Position numbers and translations under genes: made by a program. The notes below the pieces were generated by a model, which was not told the origin of the DNA, made no database searches, and worked only from the letters and a program-made list of their open reading frames with translations. Shown here piece by piece: positions 27,623 to 37,771 of a stretch of DNA of 64,000 bases; positions within the stretch are counted from its first letter, which is position 1, and each line of letters opens with the position of its first letter. Source of the stretch: Deltaproteobacteria bacterium (GTDB lineage Bacteria; Desulfobacterota; Binatia; Binatales; Binataceae); contig JAJXYF010000008.1 in the NCBI GenBank assembly GCA_021780755.1, positions 66,621 through 130,620 on the forward strand. The letters run 5' to 3'.

Positions 27623-30600
27623 CTAGGAGCCGCTTCCAAACAGATTGATCGTTTGTGGGCTGTTGGTGGCGTTGTCCTGGATCGTAATCGTCGCAGTCTG
27701 TTTGCCCTTCGCCGTCGAAGTGTGGGTAACAACTATCTTGCAGGTCCTGCCCCTCGCGATCGACGCACCGGTGCAGCCGTCCGAAATGATCTTGAACGCA
27801 CCTGAAGGATTCGAGTTGTCCGTCAACGCGACCTGTGCGATGTCGATTGGTCCCTTATTGAAGAACGGATTGCGCAAAATGATATTCCTCGGTAAGGATG
27901 TTTTACCTACTTTAAGTAGGCCGAGGCCGACCGACGCCGGAAATCCGAGCTTGCCCGGCGGTATCGACAGTGTGCCCAGGTCCACCGGCGGTCCGCTGAC
28001 CGAGCCACTGCCCGGCGTCACCTGCGTCACCATTTGATCCGACAGAGTAACGTTTTTCGGCAGCGGCGAAGCGACGGTGCCGGTCAATGTGAAGTTTGTC
28101 GTCCCGGCTGAAGGAATTGGTGGTGCCGAGATCGTGAACGTTGTCGAACTCCCGATTGTTCCGACCAGCGTGCCGTTGGTCAGGTTGAGTCCTGAAAAAA
28201 ACGTCGGATTGGAGAGCGAGAGTTGCACGGCAGTTACCGACAGGGGGCCGCAACTCTGGTTGGTCACGCTGAATGTTCCCGCGGACACGGTCGAGCCCGG
28301 TGTGACGTTACCAGTCGCCGGGGGAGGTACGAGCGCGACCACCGCACCGGTGCCGCAAACCGTCAGAGTGTCCATCGATGCGGGCAGGCCGGTGAAAGAG
28401 ACCGGTACTGCGTGCGCCAGCGCGGTGACTGCCGTCACGTTCTGCGTGGAACTCGATGGCGCGGAGGCCCCGGGCGCCAGCGTCCCGGTGAGGGTGAACG
28501 TAACTTGACTCGAGGACGGAATCATCACCGGCGGTGCGAAACCGAAGTTCGTCGTTGCCGCGATCGAAGCGGATGAGGAGGAGGGATTGTTCGCAACCCC
28601 GGCGGTCAGCGTCAGTGAGCTGAAGAGCGCCGGATTACTCAGTGCTATCTTGCCCGAGGTCAGGAACTCAGCGCTACCGAGAGTATTGCTGATGGTAAAG
28701 CTGCCCAGTGTGACCGCGTTGCCGGGAGATCCGGTAGTGGTCGCGCCGGCCCCCGCGACGGAGCCGCCTGCCGAGACTGCGCCGAAAGGCTGCTGGTACT
28801 CGAGGACTCGATTATTGCCGGCGTCGGCTACGTAAAGGTTCGCCGCTTCGTCGAACGCCACGCTGGAGCCGTAACAGAGCGAGTCTGCCGCCGCGTTCAG
28901 ACCCAACTCCGGACCGCCGGCACCGTTGCAAAAGCCGGCCGTATAGCTCGAGACCGATTGGCCAAACAGGATATCCTCACCCTGGCCGTCGGTCAGCGGA
29001 GTGTCGAATTCAACCACGCGGCTGTTGGCGGCGTCCGCCACGAAGACGTTGCCCGCGGGATCGAGCGCAACGCCGGTCGGAAAGCAGAGCCCTTGATAGC
29101 TGAGCAGACAGGAATTGCCGATGAAGTTCGACTGGCCCAGGACCAGGTCAGCGAAGGTGTCGCCCGCGCAACCGCTGCCGTCGGGGTTGGGTACGCATGC
29201 ACCCGCTGTAGCGAGCGGCGAGAGATACTCGAGCAGGCGGCTGTCACCAGCGTCCGTTACATAAAGACTGTTCGACGAATCGAGGGCCAGGCCCACCGGC
29301 TCGCAGAGACTATCGGTGCCGAGTCCGCTGGAATCGCTGCCGTTGATGCCATTGTCGCAGCCCGCCATGGTCGGGCTGGGTTGTCCGAAGATCTTGTTCG
29401 CGGTGGCCGACAAGGGCGAATTGTACTCGAGGATTCGCGAATCCTTGAAATCCGAGACATAGAGGTCGCCGGCGCCGTCGAGTGCTACCGCGATCGGCTG
29501 GCAGAGCGTGGTGGCATTGACCCCGCCGGTGTCGCATCCACTGGTCGTGAACTTGCCCGCCTGTCCGAATACTCGATTCGCCGGCGGATCCTGCACGAGC
29601 GGATTCGGTAGAAAGGGCGGATTGAACTCGAGGACGCGGTTGTTGCCGAGATCGGCGACGAAGAGATTACCCGAGGCGTCGGCGGCGAGGCCCATCGGTT
29701 CGCACAGTGTGTTTGCGGTCGGCGCGGAGAGCCCCCGATTACAGGTGGCCGAATTGAAGTCGATTTGGCCGATACTGAGATCAGCCGGCTGGCCGTTGGT
29801 AAAGGCGACGGTGTTTTTCCATCCGAGCACCCGATTGTTGCCGCTGTCGGTCACGAACACATGATTGCTGGAATCGACGAACACCGACGCGAGCGAATTA
29901 AGACCGCCCACAGGGAGCGCCTGATTGAGTGGATTAGCCGGGATGCTGGCGTCGGTTTGGATCGTCGCCGCTGCCAACGGGCCGACGAGCGCCGGCGCGA
30001 TTAGCGGGAAAAGCCCTTCGAGCAGCACCTGTGCACCTGATTTGGTGATGTTGAAGGCTTGCGTCGTCCCTTGGCTGTTGAGTCCGATACCGTCAACCAG
30101 GTTCGCCGAATAATTGCTGAAGTTGGTTTGCCCGAGGACCGCGAATGCCGCCTGCCCGTTCGTGGTTACCTGCTTGTAGCGCAGCACGCGATCGTTCTGA
30201 GCGGTTGCGATAACGCCCGGCGTGAGCCCGGTGGAAGACGTCAGGTTATCGACTACGAAGACGTCGGACGCGCCACCGTCCGGGAGCGTCGCGACCCCCT
30301 CGGGTTCCGAGAGAGAACTCGCCGTAATGACAGGGGTACTGCCACCGTTGAAATTTGGACTTCGGCTGGAAAAATTCAGCTGCCCGAGGACAAGGTCCGC
30401 CGCGGTGTCTCCAGGGCATCCACTCCCGTCCGGGTTGGGTGTGCATCCGCCGGGCGAGGCCAGCGGGTTGAGATATTCGAGCACGCGGCTGTTGGCCGCA
30501 TCGGAGACCCAGAGGTTGCTATTGGTATCGAGCGCGAGCGAATGAGGCCCGCACAGCGTCAGCGGATTGACGGTCGGCGGATTTGCGTTCGCATCGCAAA

Positions 30601-31660
30601 ACGCGGTCGTGAAGCTGCTCGACGGCTGCCCGAAGACCAGATTCGCGTTCGGTTGAGCCGTATGGCTCGTGACCGGGTCGCTATATTCGAGGACGCGATT
30701 ATTGCCTCGATCAACGACGTAAACGCTGTCGTTGGCGTCAACGGCGTCAACCGCGATCCCCGTAGGCAGGCAGAGCGAGTTCTGCGAAGTGGGATCGCCG
30801 GTCGCATTATTGCCGTTGTTATTACAAATCTTGTGCGTGAAATCGGGCTGGCCGATTACCAGGTTCGCGATGGTGTTGAAGCTCGACGCCCCGTTGTCGT
30901 ACTCCAGCACGCGATGGTCGTTGGTATCGACAATGAACAGATTCTGCGAAGCGTCAATCGCGATTCCCTGCGGTTGGCACAGCGCGCCCGCAGTGGTGGT
31001 GCTGACGTGATTACATCCGGTGTTGGTCGCGAAGGAGCCGCCCTGACCGAAAACCTCCTTCGCATTCATGCCGGAGACGAAAGGCGGTTCGAAGACCAGC
31101 ACGCGATTGTTCTGCGTATCGGCGACCCATAGATTTCCCGACACGGGATCAATCGCAAGCGCGGTCGGGCCGGCCAAATTCGATTGGGTCGGCGTTGCCG
31201 CGGGCTGGCCGGCGGTGTTGTTGACGAAATACGAATTGAAATCGGGTTGCCCGAGAACAAATTTCGCCTTGTCGCCATTGGCGAAGCTTGTCGCGCTGAG
31301 CCATCCAAGCACGCGGTTATTGCCCGTATCCGCAACCCAAAGCGTGCCGTCGAGACCTACGACCACTCCAGCCTGGTTTCGTAACGCTTCGCTGGTGACC
31401 CCGAAGGTGCCGTTGGTCTCGTTGATGGCGACGCCCGTATCCAGCCCGACGTTCAAGCCTTGCGCATCAACGGAGTTCACCCCGGCTTTGCTGAAATCCA
31501 ACTGTCCGAGCACCGCGTCGGCGACGTTGCTGGTGCCGTCGAAGGTGGCGTGAGCGAGACCGGTCAGGAAACCTGCCGAAGTGATGAAGGTGAGCGTCAA
31601 AAAAAACAGGAACAGCGGTATCCGGCGATTTCGGTGCGACGTCGCTTGGTCGTGCGGCAT
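27623..31660 (-). CDS. Large secreted NHL-repeat beta-propeller protein with C-terminal Ig-like/choice-of-anchor D domain
   Basis: Signal peptide, many P.G.A.D..GNL.VAD..N.RVL.(Y/F) repeats with A..V.GQ..F spacers, and C-terminal F.I..DGC.G..IA.G.TC.I.V...G...A.I.I.DNA.NSPQ.I.L.GSG. Confidence 0.85.
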   Translation of the reverse strand: MPHDQATSHRNRRIPLFLFFLTLTFITSAGFLTGLAHATFDGTSNVADAVLGQLDFSKAGVNSVDAQGLNVGLDTGVAINETNGTFGVTSEALRNQAGVVVGLDGTLWVADTGNNRVLGWLSATSFANGDKAKFVLGQPDFNSYFVNNTAGQPAATPTQSNLAGPTALAIDPVSGNLWVADTQNNRVLVFEPPFVSGMNAKEVFGQGGSFATNTGCNHVSTTTAGALCQPQGIAIDASQNLFIVDTNDHRVLEYDNGASSFNTIANLVIGQPDFTHKICNNNGNNATGDPTSQNSLCLPTGIAVDAVDANDSVYVVDRGNNRVLEYSDPVTSHTAQPNANLVFGQPSSSFTTAFCDANANPPTVNPLTLCGPHSLALDTNSNLWVSDAANSRVLEYLNPLASPGGCTPNPDGSGCPGDTAADLVLGQLNFSSRSPNFNGGSTPVITASSLSEPEGVATLPDGGASDVFVVDNLTSSTGLTPGVIATAQNDRVLRYKQVTTNGQAAFAVLGQTNFSNYSANLVDGIGLNSQGTTQAFNITKSGAQVLLEGLFPLIAPALVGPLAAATIQTDASIPANPLNQALPVGGLNSLASVFVDSSNHVFVTDSGNNRVLGWKNTVAFTNGQPADLSIGQIDFNSATCNRGLSAPTANTLCEPMGLAADASGNLFVADLGNNRVLEFNPPFLPNPLVQDPPANRVFGQAGKFTTSGCDTGGVNATTLCQPIAVALDGAGDLYVSDFKDSRILEYNSPLSATANKIFGQPSPTMAGCDNGINGSDSSGLGTDSLCEPVGLALDSSNSLYVTDAGDSRLLEYLSPLATAGACVPNPDGSGCAGDTFADLVLGQSNFIGNSCLLSYQGLCFPTGVALDPAGNVFVADAANSRVVEFDTPLTDGQGEDILFGQSVSSYTAGFCNGAGGPELGLNAAADSLCYGSSVAFDEAANLYVADAGNNRVLEYQQPFGAVSAGGSVAGAGATTTGSPGNAVTLGSFTISNTLGSAEFLTSGKIALSNPALFSSLTLTAGVANNPSSSSASIAATTNFGFAPPVMIPSSSQVTFTLTGTLAPGASAPSSSTQNVTAVTALAHAVPVSFTGLPASMDTLTVCGTGAVVALVPPPATGNVTPGSTVSAGTFSVTNQSCGPLSVTAVQLSLSNPTFFSGLNLTNGTLVGTIGSSTTFTISAPPIPSAGTTNFTLTGTVASPLPKNVTLSDQMVTQVTPGSGSVSGPPVDLGTLSIPPGKLGFPASVGLGLLKVGKTSLPRNIILRNPFFNKGPIDIAQVALTDNSNPSGAFKIISDGCTGASIARGRTCKIVVTHTSTAKGKQTATITIQDNATNSPQTINLFGSGS

Positions 31661-31965
31661 TTAGTTATCTATCCCCCTCGAACGCCTTGCCGGTGATCTA
31701 TTTTCAACCGCGCTGAACTTGAGCTGAATGTGTCTAAATTAACTTAATTTCAGCTATTTGCTAAATTAAACAGGTCAAGTCGCCTAATAACGAGCGTCAT
31801 ATTATTCGGCGCTCGCCTCGTTGGTCAAACTTTTCGATTCCGACAGGGAACCCCTCTTCGGAAAAAGCGTCACATCTGAGCTTGGCGTAACGCTCTACAC
31901 TATGTCGTCCCGGAGTTCGTGTTTCTCAGCGTAAATCACGTGCAGCCTGCCGTAACGGACTCGAC

Positions 31966-34014
31966 CTAGGGCATCAATGTCGCGCTGTGTTGGGAACGTG
32001 GAACGGTCATATTCGGAAGTGCGAAGAATCCTTCTGTATTCGAATTGAAAAGCTCCGCACTACGGAGTGTCGCAGGTTTCGTGCTATTGATTCCGCCCGT
32101 AACCAGCGCTGACCCGGCAAGCGGTCCGCTCGCAAAGGCGACTGCGGAACTAAACGCTCGAGCGGTCGCCATTATCGGCATACAGTTAGTGCCGAGCGGG
32201 GTTCGCCCTCCGACGCAGGCGAAATTATTATGAACCGGATCGAATAATTCTGCCGACGACAGGCTCGTCCCACCGACGTCGAGACCGCCCATCACGAGTG
32301 TAAGGCCGCTTAATGATCCCACCGCCAGAGAGGCGAAGGATTCTGCCTGGCGCTGGTCGATCATCGTTGGACCCTCGGCCAGAACCTGGCTGGCGGGGGT
32401 GTAAATATCGGTGGATCGCAAAGCCGAACCGGGGTTTACGAACTCACTCGCGTCATCACCGCCAACCATGATGACGCGGCCGCTCGAGCCCGCCACCGCA
32501 ACATCCTTCCAACGCGCACTGCTGAGCGAGCGTTTGCACAGACCCGTGGCACTATCCACCCCTCCGACACAGCTGAAACTCTCGCTGGCCTGATCGAACA
32601 CTTCCGCGCTGTCTAGCGCGTTGCCGGAGCTATCCAAGCCACCAGCTACCAGCACGTCGCCCTCCTCCTCGCAGCCGATACCGCATCCCGCCATCAACTG
32701 TGCGGTGTGGTAGCTGCGTCCTGTATTGAGAGTGCCGGCGGTGAACGAAAATGTCCCGCTTAGGGGGTCGAACAACTCCGCGGTAGGGTCCGGTACCCCG
32801 CCGCTCGTCACGCCACCAGTGACGAGCACCATTCCCGCAAGTGGGCCCTCGGTAATCAAGGTTGCGCTGTGGTTCGCGCGTGGGTCTTCCAAAGGTCCGG
32901 TCGGGGTGAACTTGCCGGTTAGCGGATCATAGAGGTCAGCGCTGGCGGTTATGGCCCCGGAATTATTTGTTTGGCCACCAGTTATCAGAACCTGTCCGCC
33001 GAGGGCCGGAACAATTGCCGGATCCAGCCACGTCGCCGTATGCCCCACGCGCGGCACGCTCATGGAGCCGGTCATCTTGAATTTGCAGGCAACTGAATCG
33101 AACAATTCGGCCGAAGCGAGCGCTCCGCCCTTGCTGCTCAAACCGCCCGCAATCAGAACGTGGGGTCCGGGCGCACCTCCGCTCGCCACACCGATCACGG
33201 AGAGCGCTACACCTTGCTGCCCGCTAACGCCGTCGTCTGACACGATCAAGGCACCCGATTCCGGTACAGGGCAAAGCGGCGTCACGGTAAGGTCTATGGT
33301 GCAAGTTTGCCCTGCGTTGAGCATCCCGACACAATTGTTCGTTTGAATTTGAAAGCTGCCCGTCGTCTGCACCTGGGTGACTTGTAAAGCCACCGGATTG
33401 CCATTGGTAATTGAGACGGTCTTGCCTGTTGGGTTGGTTACCCCGTCGGTCTGTCTGCCAAAGGAAAGTGTCGCCGGACTGATTTTGAGCATGCCCGGCA
33501 CGCCGTGTCCGGTGAGCGGGATACTAAAGCTGCCGAGGTCGCTTTTGACCGTCAGCGTGCCCTCGCGAACTCCGAGCAGCGCCGGGGTGAAGGTAACGGT
33601 AATCCGGCAGGTAGAACCAACTGTTAGTGTGCCGCTACAAGTTGTACCACTGACCGCAAAATCCGCGGGGTCGGTGCCAAAGATCGCAACGGCCTTGATC
33701 GCGACAGCGACACCGTTGCGCGGGTTGATGAACTTGACCGATACCGGGGGACTGGTCGCCGAGGCTACAATACCGACCACCTCGTTGGGAAAAGCCAATA
33801 GTTTCGGCGTGAAATGCGGTGCTCCGGTGTTTGCGGCCCTCGCCTGTGGGGCGCCGAGAGCGATTGCCGCCGCGAAAAGAATCAGAGCGGTCAGGGTGTG
33901 CCAATAATTCTTCAATTCAGCGGTTGGACCTTGAACGGGCCGGTTTTGGTGTGCCGTAAGCGCGGATTTGAGAAAATTTCGGGTAGCAGCGAAATTCATG
34001 CGAAAACGTCCCAT
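31966..34014 (-). CDS. Secreted protein with two choice-of-anchor D (ASH/Ig-like) domains and kelch repeats
   Basis: DFAVSGTTCSGTL.VGSTC.I.VTF.P and NNCVGML.AGQTC domains, then repeated VL.(A/T)GG.....SAEL(F/Y)DP..G.F...G.(M/L)..R..H.AT kelch motifs. Confidence 0.82.
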   Translation of the reverse strand: MGRFRMNFAATRNFLKSALTAHQNRPVQGPTAELKNYWHTLTALILFAAAIALGAPQARAANTGAPHFTPKLLAFPNEVVGIVASATSPPVSVKFINPRNGVAVAIKAVAIFGTDPADFAVSGTTCSGTLTVGSTCRITVTFTPALLGVREGTLTVKSDLGSFSIPLTGHGVPGMLKISPATLSFGRQTDGVTNPTGKTVSITNGNPVALQVTQVQTTGSFQIQTNNCVGMLNAGQTCTIDLTVTPLCPVPESGALIVSDDGVSGQQGVALSVIGVASGGAPGPHVLIAGGLSSKGGALASAELFDSVACKFKMTGSMSVPRVGHTATWLDPAIVPALGGQVLITGGQTNNSGAITASADLYDPLTGKFTPTGPLEDPRANHSATLITEGPLAGMVLVTGGVTSGGVPDPTAELFDPLSGTFSFTAGTLNTGRSYHTAQLMAGCGIGCEEEGDVLVAGGLDSSGNALDSAEVFDQASESFSCVGGVDSATGLCKRSLSSARWKDVAVAGSSGRVIMVGGDDASEFVNPGSALRSTDIYTPASQVLAEGPTMIDQRQAESFASLAVGSLSGLTLVMGGLDVGGTSLSSAELFDPVHNNFACVGGRTPLGTNCMPIMATARAFSSAVAFASGPLAGSALVTGGINSTKPATLRSAELFNSNTEGFFALPNMTVPRSQHSATLMP

Positions 34015-34329
34015 TTTTGCCGGTGATCATCGGTTGATTGCCTAGTACAGACAAAGAAATCCCTTTGTGGGGGTCTTTTGCCTAGCTCACCCCAAGAATG
34101 ATGGTCAAAATCGCATTAGAGTGCATCTGATTGCTCATTGCCATACCAGTTTGTGCGTTCTATAAATGATTTATGGCAATTAGTTTGTCAAACCTCCTAA
34201 TTTAATCCGGGGTGCCTCTTGACTACCTCTAAAAGTAAACATAAATCGGATTAATCAACTCCTGTGTGATCTTGATAACCCTGAACTCCCAGCGTCCGGC
34301 TGGCACGAATTGCTAAAAGAGGCCGAAAC

Positions 34330-36126
34330 GTGAATCGATCAGGAAAACGCGGATCCCGGCTATTTGCAGCGCTCTTGGCGATAGGGGCATCGGTTTGCAT
34401 TGCACCCTCCGTTGACGCCGCAGGTTGGGTCAATGGCGACGTCGCGGTGGCGGTAGGGGGAGTTGCACCCGGGGGTGCGGTTGGCGGCAAAGATGTAACC
34501 TTCGGTGCCTATTCGATAGTGGGGCAGGACGTAATTGCCAGCTCCAGTACAGTCGAGCTGAATAATTACGCAAAAGCGCTCGGCGCATGTGTCACAGGCG
34601 GTAATCCGCTCAACCTTAAAATCGGCGCAATCTGCGGTTCCTCCGATACTTCAGGCACCAATCCTGACCTCGCAACCCTGACCAGCGCAATCACGGACTT
34701 GGCAACGTTTGAAACCGCGCTCAGCGGTGCTGCTTCAACGCAGACGATACCGGCGGTAAACCTGGCCGATAGCGGAACCCAGACGATTAGCGACAGCGTA
34801 GCCGGCCTGAACATAATCTCCGTTCCGTCGGTGACGTTGGGCAATTCGTCCACCCTGACGCTATCCGGCCTCGCCGCTGACACCCTCGTTCTCAATATCA
34901 GTGGTGCCCTGGCGATTGGTGACGGTGCGGCCATCAGACTGGCCGGTGGTCTCGTACCCGCGAACGTAATCATCAATGTCGGCGGTTTGGTGACCGCGTG
35001 GAATGCTTCGAGCACCTTAAATGGGACTTTGCTCGCTCTGAACAGTGCTTGCACCGGAACCACCGGGATTACGATCAATGGCGCGGTTGTTTGTAGCGGT
35101 AGCCTGAATTTTGGCCATAACGCGCGCCTCAATTTTTTTGCGTCCAAGGCGTCGATTTCCTCGACTACATTGGGCACGGCGCTCGCCTTTGCGGCGCTTA
35201 GCGAAACTGGCGACGTCAGCTTCGGCAACGTATCGCATGTTAGTGATAATCAGCTTGCCAGCTACAAGGTGTACGACAACAGCGGGAATTTCCTCGGCTC
35301 CGTATTCAACGGCCTGCAGATTACGCCCAATCTGACTGGAGGCTGCGCGTTCAATAATAACGGCAACAAGCTTTATACAACCGATTTTACGGCGACCAAG
35401 CTAACTCTGTACGACAGCACCAGTCCGCATCCGATCGATCAGACACTGAACCCGGGAACCAAGATCGGGGCGACCAGTCACGCCGAATCGATCGTCTTCG
35501 ACCACGCGGGCAACTTTTATGTCGGCAGTCCCGACGGGCAAAAGCTGCTCAAATACAGCAGCACAAATGTTTTGCAGACGGTTTTCAGCCCGAATGTGGA
35601 GAGTGGCGCCCGCGGAATCGATTGGATCGATCTGGCACCCGACCAGTGCACTATCTTCTACACGTCTGAAGGGGTTGCGATCCGGCGCTTCAACGTTTGC
35701 ACTAATTCGCAATTGCCGGACTTTGTTGGCGGACTTTCCGAGTCAGGCGCTGCATACGGGCTCAAATTACTGCCGGACGGGTCGGTATTGTTGGCAGATC
35801 TGGACGAAGTGATCAGATTCGACTCGCTTGGGAACCAGATTCAGACCTACACCGCGCCGGGCGAGGTTGGGCCATTTCCGAGCGATTTTGGCTGGTTCGC
35901 GTTGGCGCTTGATACCGATGGCACTTCGTTCTGGGCCGCGAGCCAGTTCACCGGCAATTTCTACCGGTTCAATATCGCTACCGGGGCGATCGAGGTCGGA
36001 CCTATATCCTCGAACGCTACGAGCGGCATTCTAGGCGGAGTATGTCTGCGTGGAGAACCTGACGTAGCAAGAACGCTGCAATCATGCTCGTCATCAGCCA
36101 CACAAGGAAAATTCTTGTGTAACTGA
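34330..36126 (+). CDS. Secreted beta-propeller carrying an inserted ice-binding-like domain, paralog 2
   Basis: Signal peptide. Residues ~45-305 align with the other paralogs (VTLGNSSTLTLSG, IRLAGGLVPANVI, STLNGTL, ITINGAV). The remainder has propeller-like repeats (ESIVFD.AGNFYVG, DWIDLA.DQ.T.FYTSEG, FALALD.DGTSFW). Confidence 0.7.
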   Translation: MNRSGKRGSRLFAALLAIGASVCIAPSVDAAGWVNGDVAVAVGGVAPGGAVGGKDVTFGAYSIVGQDVIASSSTVELNNYAKALGACVTGGNPLNLKIGAICGSSDTSGTNPDLATLTSAITDLATFETALSGAASTQTIPAVNLADSGTQTISDSVAGLNIISVPSVTLGNSSTLTLSGLAADTLVLNISGALAIGDGAAIRLAGGLVPANVIINVGGLVTAWNASSTLNGTLLALNSACTGTTGITINGAVVCSGSLNFGHNARLNFFASKASISSTTLGTALAFAALSETGDVSFGNVSHVSDNQLASYKVYDNSGNFLGSVFNGLQITPNLTGGCAFNNNGNKLYTTDFTATKLTLYDSTSPHPIDQTLNPGTKIGATSHAESIVFDHAGNFYVGSPDGQKLLKYSSTNVLQTVFSPNVESGARGIDWIDLAPDQCTIFYTSEGVAIRRFNVCTNSQLPDFVGGLSESGAAYGLKLLPDGSVLLADLDEVIRFDSLGNQIQTYTAPGEVGPFPSDFGWFALALDTDGTSFWAASQFTGNFYRFNIATGAIEVGPISSNATSGILGGVCLRGEPDVARTLQSCSSSATQGKFLCN

Positions 36127-36448
36127 CGATGCATAAAGTCGCGAAAACTAGACATGATCGCTATTATCAAGTCGTGATAGTTTATAAGTGACCATGCCGA
36201 ATTGGACGGGGCCATTGCGATCAGTACATGAATAAGACAAAGTAGGGTGATAATCGCTACTAGCACTTACGCGCACGTTTTCCAGCTTCGACAGGTTTGA
36301 GATAGGTTTTAACACCTAACTCCTGATTGCGGCGACCCACATTGGATCGCGGTTAATATTTTGATTTAATGGCTGTTAAGACTTGAAATCGCTTGGATTA
36401 CAAGGAAGTTACAAAGTAAGAGTTTGTTTTGCTGTTTGAAGTGGTCTT

Positions 36449-37660
36449 ATGGACTGTCGCACTGTTTTACGACACATAAGGCCCTATTGTGTTGTCAAGC
36501 GGCCTCGCCGCATCCGCAACCGGTTCTTTGAGATTGTCTTGCAAAGTATCTCTATCTCACCCGTTACGCTCTTAATTGTGATGGTCATGACTGGTTGCGC
36601 CACTCCATCTCAGCAGGCTCCCATTAGCGCATCAAACCCGATTGAGTCGTCCGCGCGTCAGCAACCCTCAGCGGCAACGAGTTCGGGAGCGGCCGCCGTC
36701 AGTGGGTCCGGTCAGAGTACTACCGGTGACAGCGACGCCGAGCTGATGCGAATCTGGCAAGCTCGAGAAGCCGGTGGCGGAGGCGACTTCGCCCTCGGGC
36801 CGGGCGACCTAATCAGCATCAACTGCCCGGACGACGACGAATTCAACAATCAGTATCGAATTTCGGGCAATGGGACGATCACACTGCCATTGCTGGGTGA
36901 GGTCAAGATTGCAGGATTAACGCAGCAGCAAGCCGTGACCAGTCTGCAACAACAGCTTAAGCATTACTTGCGGCAGCCTCAGATCAATTTGCTGGTAACT
37001 GAATATCACAGCCGTGAAGTCGGAGTATTCGGGGCAGTTGCGAAGCCGGGTGTCTATAATTTGTCCGGTCCTAACGACACGATTCAGGACATGATTTCAC
37101 TTGCCGGCGGATTCGCAGTTGATGCCTCTCCGCGAGTGCAGTTCAGACCGGCAGAACTGGCGACGCAGAGAAGTGACAAGGGTGTGGGTGGGCTTTCCCC
37201 GGGCGTTCTGACGCCGACGCTCTCGATGGATGACGCGCAGAACGCGATCATGGTCGACGTTGACGACAAGTCCGAGCGCAATTTCCTCGGCATGCCGGCT
37301 CATCCCGGGGACATCATCAATGTTGCGGCTGACGGTCAGGTGTTGGTGGATGGATGGGTGAGCAAACCGGGGTCTTATCCGATTAGTCGGGACCTGAAAG
37401 TACTCGGCGCGATCGCCGCTGCCGGCGGTGCACTGTATCCTGCGAAAACGGACAAAATAAAAATCATTCGCAAAGACAACGAGGGCGCGCAGGTTCTCTA
37501 CGTTGATATCGATAAGGTCCAAAGTGGGGACGCTACCGATATTGCGGTTGAAGATGGCGACGTCATCGAAGTGCCGGTATCAGCCGCAAAAATAGTTCCC
37601 TACGGAGTTTACCAAACGGCGCTACAGCTTTTCCGCGCGGGAGCGTATGTGGCGCCGTGA
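36449..37660 (+). CDS. Polysaccharide export outer-membrane lipoprotein (Wza/SLBB)
   Basis: Lipobox MTGC, LGPGD.I.I, G.ITLPLLGEVKIAGLT (Poly_export), and SLBB motifs V.GAV.KPG.Y and V.GWV.KPG.Y. Start codon uncertain. Confidence 0.88.
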   Translation: MDCRTVLRHIRPYCVVKRPRRIRNRFFEIVLQSISISPVTLLIVMVMTGCATPSQQAPISASNPIESSARQQPSAATSSGAAAVSGSGQSTTGDSDAELMRIWQAREAGGGGDFALGPGDLISINCPDDDEFNNQYRISGNGTITLPLLGEVKIAGLTQQQAVTSLQQQLKHYLRQPQINLLVTEYHSREVGVFGAVAKPGVYNLSGPNDTIQDMISLAGGFAVDASPRVQFRPAELATQRSDKGVGGLSPGVLTPTLSMDDAQNAIMVDVDDKSERNFLGMPAHPGDIINVAADGQVLVDGWVSKPGSYPISRDLKVLGAIAAAGGALYPAKTDKIKIIRKDNEGAQVLYVDIDKVQSGDATDIAVEDGDVIEVPVSAAKIVPYGVYQTALQLFRAGAYVAP

Positions 37661-37771
37661 CCTTCGACGGGATGCGCGCCGCTTGAAGGTCATGTTGATG
37701 CCTCTTCTTTTCGAAGCACAAATGGCACGTGTAGCCGAGAATTCTCTCGGAGCGCCAGGAGCACGATTACT

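Noticed and set aside
34301..34314. TGGCACGAATTGCT upstream of the 34330 gene looks like a sigma-54 promoter
   Set aside because: GG to GC spacing is 8 nt rather than the required 10, and it lies too close to the start codon. The nearby TGGCAATTAGTTTGTC has GT instead of GC.
36127..36448. AT-rich leader of the EPS operon checked for ops/JUMPstart or sigma-54 elements
   Set aside because: No GGCGGTAG or GG-N10-GC consensus found by eye.
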